In this document: one piece after another, positions 13,114 to 25,334 of the stretch | How the letters are laid out: the number at the start of each line of letters is the position of its first letter | How positions within the stretch are numbered: position 1 is the stretch's first letter | Origin: Octopus vulgaris | Taxonomy: Eukaryota | Reading direction: 5' to 3' | Length of the DNA stretch: 64,000 bases | NCBI GenBank assembly: GCA_951406725.2 | Contig: OX597823.1 | Location: forward strand, 18,290,001-18,354,000 | Position numbers and translations under genes: made by a program | The notes under the pieces: model-generated | Told to the model about the DNA's origin: nothing | The model's input: only the letters and a program-made list of their open reading frames with translations | Database searches by the model: none

Positions 13114-13667
13114 GCTTTGATGTAGTACCAGGCAGTGGCTCTCGTGGTTTCTGATCTTAAATGATCGGAAGTGTTATCATGTACATTGTTTTGTCTTGGT
13201 ATAAAAGTTGGGCTACAGCAAATATTCTGTTCAGTACCACAGATTTGCTTGTCAGTTGTTTGACCTTAACCAGTTGAGCATGTCTCTTGGTGGCTGATGA
13301 TATGTGCATCTCTGAGCACGAGCAGAAGTAGTGGGCGAACATGATAGCCATGTATCGAGAGGTATTCTTTGGGGGTTTGAATAATTCACCTTTGGAAACA
13401 TGGGTGTTTGTTCAACATCCTTAAACAACCCTTATTCAGGGACCTTTTGAGCGGGATGGGTTACTCGACCAGAAGAAAATTCTAACTGGGCCCCACCTGC
13501 AAGGTCATATACTGTTTATCTTGATATGAGATCACCATGTCGCGCATATATGGTTGTGATGCATTTGCCTAGTGTACCCTTATCAGACGGGTAGTCATGA
13601 TGGGTATACTGGGCTTCGTATATTTTACCCCAGTGTCACCTTGATGGCATGAACTGCTCTCTCACTC
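13114..13667 (+). mobile_element. ~550 bp (AAT)n-embedded non-coding element, copy 1
   Basis: Highly similar copies with the same ends at 49566-50119 and 61095-61636. Confidence 0.9.
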
Positions 13668-13710
<43 letters not shown>

Positions 13711-13914
13711 TGGCTGTTAGATGTCTTCCCCGATACCCAACATCTGCATACCAAGCCTTATAATTCATGGAAAGTGATCTAGAGAGATGCTGTGAGACCT
13801 TTGACAACAGGTTTTTGTCTACTCTTGCAGAATAAACTGGAGCAACTAAGATTGAGAGCCCTGGGAAGTAAAACAATTGATAATCAAAATAATAATAATA
13901 ATAATAATAATAAT

Positions 13915-14113
13915 ATTCTTTTACTCTTTTACTTGTTTCAGTCATTTGACTGTAGCCATGCTGGAGCACTGCCTTTAGTCAAGCAAATCGACATCAGGAC
14001 TTATTCTTTGTAAGCCTAGTACTTATTCTACCAGGCTCTTTTGCCGAACCGCTAAGTTACGGGGACGTAAACACACCAGCAACAGTTGTCAAACAATGTT
14101 AGGGGACAAACAC

Positions 14114-14146
<33 letters not shown>

Positions 14147-14180
14147 CATATATACAACGGGCTTCTTTCAGTTTCCGTCA
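13915..14180 (-). mobile_element. SINE family A, 3' part
   Basis: Reverse complement of the family A tail. Confidence 0.85.
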
Positions 14181-14595
14181 ACGCCTATAGGAGTTAAGAA
14201 CTTTTGTTAGTGTTGTTCAGAATTTTATTCAACACGAAGATCTTAGTGCCTTAGACAGTTTCCTAGTTTATGTAGTATGAAGTGTTAATCCTGAACATAC
14301 ATACAAATTATTTATTTTTTATGTTTTCTTTAGGTTTTGGTTTTTGTACTTCTAAATTAACCTATGAGAAAATAAAAAAATATTCTATGGAACAATTGAT
14401 AAAACAAGTTTTTAACTGGAGAATTACAATTAAGTTACACTACTGGAACAGCCTGGTTCACATTGGGAAGACTAGTTGCAAATAATAGATAAAAATATCA
14501 CAAGACCACTGACTCCCAGACACATTGTGTAGGTGTTTAGTTGAGGAGAAAGAGAGAGAGTGAGTGTGTGTATTTGCCTGATGAAGTGAAGAAAA

Positions 14596-14632
14596 TGTGT
14601 GTGTGTGGGTGCATATATATATATATATATTG

Positions 14633-14697
<65 letters not shown>

Positions 14698-15145
14698 CTG
14701 TGTGTGTGTGTATGTCTGTGTGTGTGTGTGTGAATGTATGTATGTATGTATGTATATATATATATGTGTATGTGTGTGTGTATGTATATATAGATATATA
14801 TATATGTATGTATGTACATAGATATATATGTATATAAATACATATATATGTATATACATACATATATGTATATACATACATACATATATATATGTATATA
14901 CATACATATATATGTTTATACATACATATATATATATATATATATACATGCATATATACATATATGCATATACATACATATATATGTATATACATACATA
15001 TATGTATATATATATACATGTATATACATATATATTTGTATATATATATATACACATGTATACACATATATATACATATATACATATATATATACACATA
15101 TATATATATACATATATACACACACACATACATATATACATATAA

Positions 15146-15176
<31 letters not shown>

Positions 15177-15223
15177 CACATATATATATACATATATACA
15201 CACACACATACATATATACATAT

Positions 15224-15254
<31 letters not shown>

Positions 15255-15455
15255 CACATATATATATATATAGAAAAACAAAAGACAAAGACAGGTGTGT
15301 AAACAACATGTATTAGTTTATACATATATACATTTATAGACATATATATATACACACATATGTATATATATATATACATATGTATAGACATATATGTATA
15401 TATAAATATATATGTGTGTGTGTGTGTGTGTGTGCGAGTGTATGTGTGTGTGTGT

Positions 15456-15502
<47 letters not shown>

Positions 15503-15590
15503 ACTCAGATACATACGTGAACAAATAAATACATAATCTATGCATGTACTCACTCATTTATATATATATATATAGATATATATATATATA
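14596..15590. repeat. Compound (TA)n/(TG)n/(CA)n microsatellite block
   Basis: Direct reading; source of the YI/CV/HT ORFs. Confidence 0.95.
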
Positions 15591-15830
15591 TTATAAGAAA
15601 TGAGGTACTCAGAAATCCACATTGTTTTATATTTACAGATATTTATTAGTATGTTACATGTTTTTATATATCATATATTAGCACTTTCGTCTATTCTAGT
15701 GGAGTCTTCAAATTGAAGACTCCGCTAATATGTGATATATGATATATGATATATAAAAACATGCGACATACTAATAAATTTCTGTGAATATAAAACCATC
15801 CAGATTTCTGAGTACCTCATTTCTTCTAAT
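15591..15830. mobile_element. Palindromic insertion (Penelope-type hairpin)
   Basis: Arms agaaatgaggtactcagaaatc / gatttctgagtacctcatttct; minus strand has a tgaaga..cgaaagtgcta hammerhead-like remnant. Confidence 0.65.
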
Positions 15831-15861
15831 ATATAATACCTGTACATCATCTCCAAACCTA

Positions 15862-15893
<32 letters not shown>

Positions 15894-15988
15894 CTAAACA
15901 TGAAAACACAAAGAGAAAACACAACAACGCAAGGACGTGGAACAAGTATAGTATCATTGGATGCTCAGGAAAGAAGGAAAGAAGGAGG

Positions 15989-16023
15989 GTTTAACGCTTC
16001 GAGCGGAGCTCTTTGTCAGAAAC
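15989..16023 (-). ncRNA. Degenerate minimal hammerhead motif in a TA-flanked repeat
   Basis: Minus strand GTTT CTGACAA A GAGC TCC GCTC GAAG CG TT AAAC: stems I and II intact, two core substitutions. Confidence 0.6.
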
Positions 16024-16236
16024 ATAGGAAAAGGAAAGATCCAAAGAAGAGAAGACGGAGGAAAAAAATTGCCAACAGTACACACGCGGTCACATTTATA
16101 TATATATATATATATATATACATAATAACAAAGGGTAGAATTAATTCATTAACTAGTAATCAATAATTTCACCGAGTAGAATTCAGCATGAAAAAGGACC
16201 ATTTCACGGTAAATTTAAGCAATATTTATATACATA

Positions 16237-16407
16237 GGCGCAGGAGTGGCTGTGTGGTAAGTAGCTTGCTAACAAACCACATGGTTCTGGGTTCAGTCCC
16301 ACTGCGTGGCACCTTGGGCAAGTGTCTTCTACTATAGCCTCGGGCCGACCAAAGCCTTGTGAGTGGATTTGGTAGACGGAAACTGAAAGAAGCATGTCGT
16401 ATATATG

Positions 16408-16438
<31 letters not shown>

Positions 16439-16651
16439 GTATGTGTGTGTGTTTGTGTTTGTCCCCCTAGCATTGCTTGACAACTGATGCTGGTGTGTTT
16501 ACGTCCCCGTCACTTAGCGGTTCGGCAAAAGAGACCGATAGAAAAAGTACTGGGCTTACAAAGAATAAGTACCAGGGTCGAATTGCTCGGCTAAAGGCGG
16601 TGCTCCAGCATGGCCACAGTCAAATGATAGAAACAAGTAAAAGAGTAAAAG
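16237..16651 (+). mobile_element. SINE family A, full copy
   Basis: ggcgcaggagtggctgtgtggtaag head to gtaaaagagtaaaaga tail. Confidence 0.9.
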
Positions 16652-17324
16652 AGAGAGAGAGTATACATAGAGTATACATATTTAAGTAATATATATATAT
16701 ATATATATATACATAGACAGACAAAGAGACACAATGTATTTAGTCCATATCAATAAATTAACAAGCAAAGTTATACGTTTCACTCAAAAACTATCTTCAC
16801 TGGATTAAAAAATCTAAAGAAGTACAATCCAAAAATGTAAGCAACAGACTGGAAATCCCTACATAATTCCAAAATCAAATGTTTAAGAACCTGCAAAAAA
16901 AAAAAAATCAAACTAAAATAAGTCTACCACAAACAAAAAAAAATACGAGGCTCCACCATTAAAACTTATTTACATATAAACAACCATACCTACAAAATAT
17001 AATTTACACACAGCTGGCTCTGTGGTGTGATTCACTTATCAATCAGAAACATAAACCATAATGAAGTTAGCATATTCCAGCAGTGTCCATTCTTTTGGCA
17101 GTGCCAAGCTGTCCTGATGCTACTATAAAATGGGTAGGTTCTTGTTACTTTCACCGTTTCAAAATCTTTTTTTTTCTGTTAATCTTCATTCAGTCGGAAT
17201 ATTAAACCAGGTACAGCTGTAAACTACACCACACAATCGACTGCTTTTGTTTTTGTTCGTGTCTACAATATGTTCTTTAGTGTCAATGCTGCTCATCCAG
17301 TCACATGGTTCACCATATCCATGA

Positions 17325-17454
17325 TACATATGTGTGTATGTGTGTATTTGTGTGTATGTATGTATGTATATATATATATATATTATATATATATATACAT
17401 ATGCATATACACAACAAATTCATACAATCACATATATAAGTGTGTGTGTGTATG

Positions 17455-17504
<50 letters not shown>

Positions 17505-17609
17505 CACACATACACACATATATACAAATATATATATATATATACAAATATATATATATATTCACACATTTATATATACATATACATACACACATATATA
17601 TACACACAT

Positions 17610-17660
<51 letters not shown>

Positions 17661-17830
17661 TATATATGTACACACACATGTATACATATATGTACATTTA
17701 TAAATATACACACATAAATACACATTTAAATATGTGTTCACATACACACACACATTATATATATATATATATACACACACACACATGTACACATGCATAC
17801 ACTCATGTGTGTGTATGTATGTGTATATGT
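17325..17830. repeat. Compound (TA)n/(CA)n microsatellite block
   Basis: Direct reading. Confidence 0.95.
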
Positions 17831-18247
17831 GAATCGATATTTCCCAGATAACGAGATTGATTAACTTGTTCAACAGGGTAGTCGAGAAATTTTAATTTGG
17901 AAAGTATTTAGTTCTATGTATTACAGCCTTCTTTTTTTTTTTTTTTTTTTTTTTTTTGATATTTCCTTTCAGATTCTCCTCACAAGAGGAAAAAAAAATT
18001 CTCAGTGGACATGAATACTTTGAAAGAACCATAATGATTAGAACTGAAAAAGCTACCGGTCAGTGGAAGCAAGACACTCAGGACTGTTCAGTTCTGGTTT
18101 ACTCCAATTCTCATGAGCTCATTGACAACAATCTTTGAGGTGTAGCCTTTTTCTCAGACCAATGTATACATTCAATAGAACCGATTTCGATTTCCTGACA
18201 CTGAGAAATGCCAATGATACGTACACAGGAGTGGCTTCAGGTACACG

Positions 18248-18540
18248 AGTGGTTGTGCGGTAAGTAGCTTGCTAACCAACCACATGGTTCCGGGTTCAGT
18301 CCCACTGCGTGACACCTTGGGCATGTGTATTCTACTATAACCTCAGGCTGACTAAAACCTTATGAGTGGATTTGGTAGATGAAAATTAAAAGTATCTCAT
18401 CTACCAAATCCACTTACAAGGCTTTGGTCGGCTCAAGGCTATAGTAGAAGACACTTGCCCAAGGTGCCATGCAGTGGGACTGAACCCAGAACTATGTGGT
18501 TGGTAAGCAAGCTACTTACCACACAGCCACTTTTGCACCT
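18248..18540. mobile_element. Two SINE A 5' halves fused as an inverted repeat
   Basis: Plus-strand head 18248-18385 and minus-strand head 18398-18540. Confidence 0.85.
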
Positions 18541-18696
18541 ATGAAATATCAAATATATATTTTGCATATTTTGTCTATTTGGTTATTTTTGCAGGCCACT
18601 TAATCATTATTTTTTAAAGATGATAACTTATTTGAATTTTGAATAAATACATGTATGTATATATATACAAAAGTTACAGAATTAAGTAGGTAATAT

Positions 18697-19230
18697 CCGG
18701 GCTACATATGTTTCATAGCAAGTGGAACCTTGGAAGTAGTAAATATCCAGGTGAGGTGTATACCGCAGGCTAAGCTTAAGGCCAAGGGTATCTTGATTAA
18801 ATAAAAGTTAACTTCGTCACAAGGAGGTACATGGACAGGTTCTTATTAAGGTGGTGAATTGGCAGAAACGTTAGCACGCCAAGCGAAATGCTTAGCAGTA
18901 TTTCGTCTGCCATTATGTTCTGAGTTCAAATTCCGCCAAGGTCGACTTTGCCTTTCATCCTTTCAGGGTTGATAAATTAAGTACCAGTTATGCATTGGGA
19001 TCAATGTAATCGACTTAATCCCTTGTTTGTCCCCTCTATGTTTAGCCCCTTGTGGGCAATAAAGAAGTAAGGAGGTACATGGAAGATTCAATCAGATTCC
19101 TTGTGACAATGTAAACTTACATTTAATCAAGATATCTTTGGCCTGAAGAGTAGCCTGTGGTATACACTTCACTTGAATAATTTACCACTTCCAAGGTTCC
19201 ACTTGCTATAAAACATATGCAGCCCGGACT
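18697..19230. mobile_element. Palindromic element with a SINE B in its loop
   Basis: Arms catatgtttcatagcaagtggaaccttggaagt / acttccaaggttccacttgctataaaacatatg. Confidence 0.75.
18836..19068 (+). mobile_element. SINE family B with 15-bp TSD
   Basis: TSD aaggaggtacatgga at 18821-18835 and 19069-19083. Confidence 0.9.
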
Positions 19231-19443
19231 TATCTCTTCCATTCCTTAATTCTTGTATTCTTATTCACGTAGTTGCCTACCGTGAAATATAAAAAGAACT
19301 TTTTTCAATTTATTGCACCTCAATAAGAAAATCCACAACCTTCCATCTCGATAAACTATTATTTTCCCTGAAAGTTGTTTTTTATATTTTCTAGGATCTG
19401 CTTAAAGCTAAAAGCTAACTTTCTTCTTACACCTCAATCCCTA

Positions 19444-19522
<79 letters not shown>

Positions 19523-19528
<6 letters not shown>

Positions 19529-20000
19529 TCGTGTTCGTTGCCAGCCTCGGCGGCTGGCCCCCGTGCCGGAGACACGTAAAAGCACCATCCGTTCATGGCC
19601 GTTTGCCAGCTCTGTCTGGCCCCGTGTCAGTGACACGTAAAAGCACCTTCCGCTCGTGTTCGTTGCCAGCCTCGGCTGGCCCCCGTGCCGGTGACACGTA
19701 AAAGCACCATCCGTTCGTGTTCGTTGCCAGCCTCGGCTGGCCCCATGCCGGTGACACGTAAAAGCACCATCCGTTCGTGGCTGTTGTGCCAGCTCTGTCT
19801 GGCACCTGTGCAGGTGGCACGTAAAAACACCCACTACACTCGCGGAGTGGTTGGCGTTAGGAAGGGCATCCAGCCGTAGAAACACTGCCAAATCTGACTG
19901 GGCCTGATGAAGCCTTCCGGCTTCACAGACCCCAGTTAAACCGTCCAACCCATGCTAGCATGGAAAACGGACGCTAAATGATGATGATGATGATGATGAT
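19523..20000 (+). mobile_element. RTE 3' UTR fragment with 5 tandem units
   Basis: Five cacgtaaaa(g/a)cacc units about 60 bp apart, (GAT)n tail. Confidence 0.9.
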
Positions 20001-20009
20001 ATATATATT

Positions 20010-20211
20010 CTTTCTCTTTCTCTCTTTGATTTGTTTCAGTCTTTAGTCAAGCAAATTGACCCCAGGACTTATTCTTTGTAAGCCTAGTACTTATTCTATT
20101 GGTCTCTTTTGCCAAACTGCTAAGTTACGGGGGATGTAAACACACCAGCATTGGTTACCAAGCAATGTTGGGGAGACAAACACAGACACACAAACATATA
20201 CACACACATAC

Positions 20212-20256
<45 letters not shown>

Positions 20257-20408
20257 CATACATATATATGATGGGCTTCTTTCAGTTTCCGTCTCCCAAA
20301 TCCACTCACAAGGTTTTGGTTGGCCCGAGGCTATAGTAGAAGACATTTGCCCAAGGTGCCACACAGTGGGAATGAACCCAGAGCCATGTGGTTGGTAAGC
20401 AAGCTACT
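20010..20408 (-). mobile_element. SINE family A
   Basis: Reverse-complement match to family A. Confidence 0.85.
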
Positions 20409-20413
20409 ATGTA

Positions 20414-20455
<42 letters not shown>

Positions 20456-20550
20456 TTATTATTTGAGGGAATATTAATCCTAACTTACAGGGAAAAAATT
20501 CAATTTAGAAATACTAAATCTAATTTCACACAATATAATATATATATATA

Positions 20551-20802
20551 TAAAATATCAGAAAGAACCACCTTTTATAAATTCAAAATGAACAATTAAA
20601 TTACACCATCTAGAAAATTACAAATAACAGAAATATTAAAATTAAAATAACAATAAAATGCCAATGATTAAGTAAATTGCAAAAAAAATAATAAAAACAT
20701 ATATAATTGGTTATTTTAATATTTCTATTATATGTTATTTTCTAGATGGTGTAACTTAATTGTTCATTTTGAATTGATAAAAGGTGGTTCTTTGTAATTT
20801 TA
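20551..20802. repeat. TA-flanked palindrome
   Basis: aaagaaccaccttttat..ccatctagaaaat / attttctagatgg..ataaaaggtggttcttt. Confidence 0.8.
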
Positions 20803-21452
20803 TACATATATATATCACCATGAATGACCAGGCTGTCAGATGTTGCTAGACATTGCTGGTCACAATGCGCTTCGCATTGTTTTGGCCTTCAAATGACGCC
20901 ACCCCACTGGTCATATATATGTGTGTGTGTGTGTATGAGTGTGTATGTGTGTGTATCCATTTGATTGATGTAGAAATATCTAGCAACTGTTGTTAAAAGA
21001 AATTATATACTAGCATATAACATATATACAAATACACAAACATGCATCTATACACACATACATGCCCAACACACACATATACAAACAAAATACACACACA
21101 CACACACATTTAAAATGTAAAAGGATTATAAAAAAAAATAGTGCAATTCACCTGATTACATGGAGACCAGTGGAAGTACAAGTGGACAGACTTAGAAGTA
21201 TATGGAAGTGTATAAATAGCCTAGCATTTATATACATAGCCTAGTAGAGGATAGGTTTCGAACTACAGGACATAGGTAAACAGGAAGAGTGAAAGTGAGG
21301 GAGAGAAAGAGAGAATAAGAGAGAAGGTGAAGGAGAGGCTTGTTCAAACAAAAGGACAGTGGGTTGGTTGTTTTGTGTGCAATCAGTCAACTATAACAAA
21401 AGTAGACATGACTCACACACACATGCACTTCCCACATAAATATGCATGTGTG

Positions 21453-21508
<56 letters not shown>

Positions 21509-21994
21509 CGTGTGTGTGTGTATAAAATACAAAATGGGAAAAGAACGCAAAACATCTGGACAACTAGGTGATACAAAAAGGGACAACAAAACATCCAGAT
21601 AGACAATACAAAAAAACACAAGGACGGGTCATTCGAAGCTTTCTGTCCTCAGTCAAGAACCAGATCATCCTCACAATTTCAGCAGATTTATCTTGAGATT
21701 GCTCCAATCTGGCCAGCCCCAAGGAAAAACTAAGCTAAGAGCATTAGATTCTTTGGAAGAAAGCATCGAATGTATACAAAAACAAGGATGGAAAAACAGA
21801 CAATGTTACACAAATATAAATACAATATAAATACAATAAAAATAATAATAACAGGACATAACAACAGGTGTCTTTCAACTGGGGACGAATTGAATTAAGC
21901 TGGCTTGTGTGGTAATGAAGCCTTACGGCAGAGATACAAGAGTTTCACAGACACAGGGAAGAATATCGATGTTGCATGGACATATATATATATA

Positions 21995-22144
21995 TGGCGT
22001 TAGGAAGGGCATCCAGCTGTAGAAACATTGCCAGATTAGACTGGAGCCTGGTGCAGCCTTCTGGCTTCCCAGAACCCCGGTCGAACCGTCCAACCCATGC
22101 TAGCATGGAGAACGGACGTTAAACGACGACGATGATGATGATGA

Positions 22145-22148
<4 letters not shown>
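21995..22148 (+). mobile_element. Short RTE 3' end
   Basis: ggcgttaggaagggcatccagc to (GAT)n, inside (TA)n. Confidence 0.85.
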
Positions 22149-22203
<55 letters not shown>

Positions 22204-22252
22204 TACACAGAAATGCACACAGCTGGTGTAATGTATATCTACACACATTATA

Positions 22253-22620
22253 GATGCAGGTGTGGCTGTGTGGTAAGCTGTTTGCTCTCCAACTACATGG
22301 TTCCGGGTTCAGCCAGCCGACTATATGGCACCTTGGTCAAGTGTCTGCTACTATAGTCTTGAGCCGACAAACGCCATGCGAGTGAATTCAGTAGAGGAAA
22401 ACTGAAAGAAGCCTATCATGTATATGTGTGTCTTTATATCTGTCACTACTTGCCAACCGGTGTTGGTCTGTTTATGTCTCCCATAACTTAGTGGTTTGGC
22501 AAAAGAGACTGATAGAATAAGTACCAGGTTTTAAAAAAGATAAACACGGGGGTTGATTCATTTGATTAAAAACTCTTCAAGGCCACAGTCTAGTAATTGA
22601 AACAAGCGGAATTTAAAAGG
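22253..22620 (+). mobile_element. SINE family A (diverged)
   Basis: Head, core and tail recognisable. Confidence 0.8.
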
Positions 22621-22677
22621 TATACATATGTACTACATGTATGTATATGTAAATAAGTGTGCGTATATGTATATCAT

Positions 22678-23060
22678 GCTGCTGCCACATGAAAAGCATC
22701 TAGTCCACACTGTAAAGTGGTTGGCATTTGGAAGGGCATCTGGCTGTAGAAACCTTGCCAAAATTGACCTCGCCTGAACTTGTGCCACATATAAAGCACT
22801 CAGTCCACTCTGCTGGGTGGGTGGTGTTAGGAAGGGCATCCAGCTGTAAAAACCTTGCCAAAACTGACCTCCCCTGTGCTTGTGCCACATACACAAAACA
22901 CTCAGTCCACTCTGCTGGGTGGTTGGTGTTAAGAAGGGCATCCAGCTGTAAAAACCCTGCCAAAACAGACACAGAAGTCTGGTGCAGGCTCCTGCTTGGC
23001 CGGCTTCTGTCAAACTGTCCAACCCATGGAAGGCAAACATTAAACAATGATGAGGATGAT
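22678..23060 (+). mobile_element. Older RTE 3' end with triplicated terminal module
   Basis: Three gaagggcatc modules about 95 bp apart. Confidence 0.8.
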
Positions 23061-23124
23061 TATGACCATGATACATAAAAACACTCATATACACACAGTA
23101 TGTATGTATATGTAAATATATATA

Positions 23125-23490
23125 TCACAGTATCGACCAGACAATCAGATATTGTTATACATCACTGATCACAATGCAATTCCAGTTCTTTCTTCAATGC
23201 ATCATTCTTTTCCATCTTGACCTAAATTAGTTGATTAAATCATCTTCTAATAGTCATGGTAGTCTTCGAAGTGGCCTTTTCCGATTTCATGGATATCACT
23301 CAGCAACTGGACGGAGCCAACTGTTGTCTGTGAACTTTGCAACATGTTGGATCTGGTGGAGATTGTGATTTCTGTATTCTACAATTACATCGTTCACTCT
23401 GCTCTGCTCTGCTCTTCAATTATCTCATTTTGAATATGTTCTCATAATGATATTCATAGCAGGGAACTTTCCATGGGCCTTTATGTCATA
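23125..23490 (-). mobile_element. Second RTE-type LINE remnant (RT C-terminal region)
   Basis: Minus translation HVAKFTDNSWLRPVAE*YP*NRKRPLRR, resembling GHVAR.TDNRW...EWYPR..KRP.GRP. Confidence 0.65.
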
Positions 23491-23578
23491 ACCAATCAAT
23501 ATTTTATTCTCATCAAACTACTTCTACTACAACTACTACTAATACTATGAAGAGGAAATATATATATATATATATATA

Positions 23579-23800
23579 CTTTTATTCTTTTACTTGTTTC
23601 AGTCATTTAACTGCAGCCATGCTGGAGCACCGCCTTTAGTCGAGTAAATCGACCCTAGGACTTATTCTTTGTAAGCCTAGTACTTATTCTATCAGTTTCT
23701 TTTGCTGAACCAGTAAGTTACAGGGACATAAACACACCAGTACTGGTTATCGAGCGATGGTGGTGGTGGTGGTGGTGAGCAAACAGATACACAAATACAC
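23579..23800 (-). mobile_element. SINE family A, 3' part
   Basis: Reverse complement of the tail. Confidence 0.85.
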
Positions 23801-23834
23801 ACACTTACATATATATATATGTATATACATGCTA

Positions 23835-24070
23835 GATCATGGGTTCAATTCCAAGACAGAGCAGCACCTAGTGTTTCTGAGCAAAACACTTCATTTCGCA
23901 TTGCTCCAGTCCACTCAGATGTAAAAGGGTATCCCTGCGATGGACTAATCTTCCGATCAGGGAGAAAGTTGGCCTGCTTGCCTAACCAGCGGGACAGCAT
24001 CACACAAAAGCTAAAACAATACAAAGTGCATTGTGACTAACAACATCTGATAGTCTGGTCACATACATGA
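23835..24070 (+). mobile_element. SINE family D (V-like core, RTE-like tail)
   Basis: B box ggttcaattcc, gagcaaaacacttcatttc, ccctgcgatggact, tail gcattgtgac..acatctgatagtctggtc. Confidence 0.7.
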
Positions 24071-24074
24071 TATA

Positions 24075-24408
24075 TCATCATCATCATCATCATCATCATA
24101 TAATGTCCATTGTCCATGCTGGTGTGCGTTAGACAGTTTGACCAGGGACGGTAAGCTGAGGGACTGCACCAGACTCCAGTCTGATTTGGCATGGTTTCTA
24201 CAGCTGGATGCCCTTCCTAACGCCAACCACTCCAAGAGTGTAATGGATGCTTTCAAGTGCCACTGGCATGGGTGCCATTTGCACAACACCAGTATCTGCT
24301 ATAACTGCAATTTTACTTGGATTGATGGATCTTCTCAAGCACAGCATAATGACAAAGGTCTCAGTCATTCGGCATTGTCTCTTTGAGGCCCAACATACAA
24401 AAGGTTCT
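24075..24408 (-). mobile_element. RTE 3' fragment including degraded ORF end
   Basis: cttctcaagcacagcata aligns with the ORF end at 26890-26910. Confidence 0.8.
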
Positions 24409-24414
24409 TATATA

Positions 24415-24456
<42 letters not shown>

Positions 24457-24731
24457 GATTAATATGTAAGACAGAATGTAACCAGAAGCACAATGCTGTC
24501 TTGTAACACTCAATCTTCTGTATTAATCTTTTAAACTATACCCTACGTGCACCTTGGAAGTCCTGATGAAAATCCAGCAATGAAAGCACAGTATTACTGA
24601 TGATGCCTACCAACTGATGCCGGCAGTTTGTTCCATACTTTAGCAACTCCTAGTGTGAGAAAATGTTTCCGAAAGTCATGGGAGCTGTAAACATTAATTC
24701 ATTACCTCTAAATATATATATATATATATAT

Positions 24732-24995
24732 AATTTATAAGTAAGGGCAAAAGAAAAAATTTCTAAAGCCAAAATATGCCGAAAATAGACACAACGTCAA
24801 TAACCATGTAATTTATCACTACAAGCACGTGGTTATAGATATTGTGTCTATTTTCGGCATATTTTGGCATTAGAAATTTTTTCTTTTGCCTTTACTTATA
24901 AATTGTTTATAAATTTAACCTTTAAAGGTATTTTTTAATATGCTGGCCATTGATAGAATTTTTTTCGAAAAATTTTATCCTACATTAGATGTTAA
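24732..24995. mobile_element. Asymmetric hairpin element P1, copy 1
   Basis: Inverted arms 24732-24904 plus unique tail; TA-rich flanks; copy 2 at 52621-52910 in the opposite orientation. Confidence 0.85.
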
Positions 24996-25052
24996 TTTTA
25001 TATAAATATATATATATAGTAAAAGAGTAAAATATAGAGTAAAAGAGTAAGA

Positions 25053-25129
<77 letters not shown>

Positions 25130-25334
25130 CATAGATACATATGTATATGTACATACTTACATCTATATGTATATATACATGTATATGTGGGCACAGGACA
25201 TCATGAAACATGTCAAAAAGAAAGTACATAGCACAAACACATGGAACATGAACTATTCTTTCGAACACCGAAAAACACAAATAGAAAACAAACAAACATA
25301 AAGAACAAACCTTCATCAGTTGTTGGCTGTTTAT

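Noticed and set aside
14458-15557. Long ORFs up to 338 aa (YI/CV/HT repeats)
   Set aside because: Translations of dinucleotide microsatellites; the same applies to the poly-I, poly-V, poly-N and poly-L ORFs elsewhere.
16985-17000. AG|GT recursive splice site candidate (ttttgtag|gtatgg, minus strand)
   Set aside because: Such a motif is expected by chance in a 39 kb AT-rich intron; no independent support.
19523-19830. CRISPR-like regularly spaced repeats
   Set aside because: The spacers are homologous to each other, the array is part of an RTE 3' UTR, the context is eukaryotic and no cas genes are present.
24563-24590. Other CTGATGA hits (24563, 3798, 25313, 37696, 48925, 51071)
   Set aside because: Stem II or the GAAA half is missing or unpaired. 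Some may be decayed hammerheads, but they cannot be supported individually.
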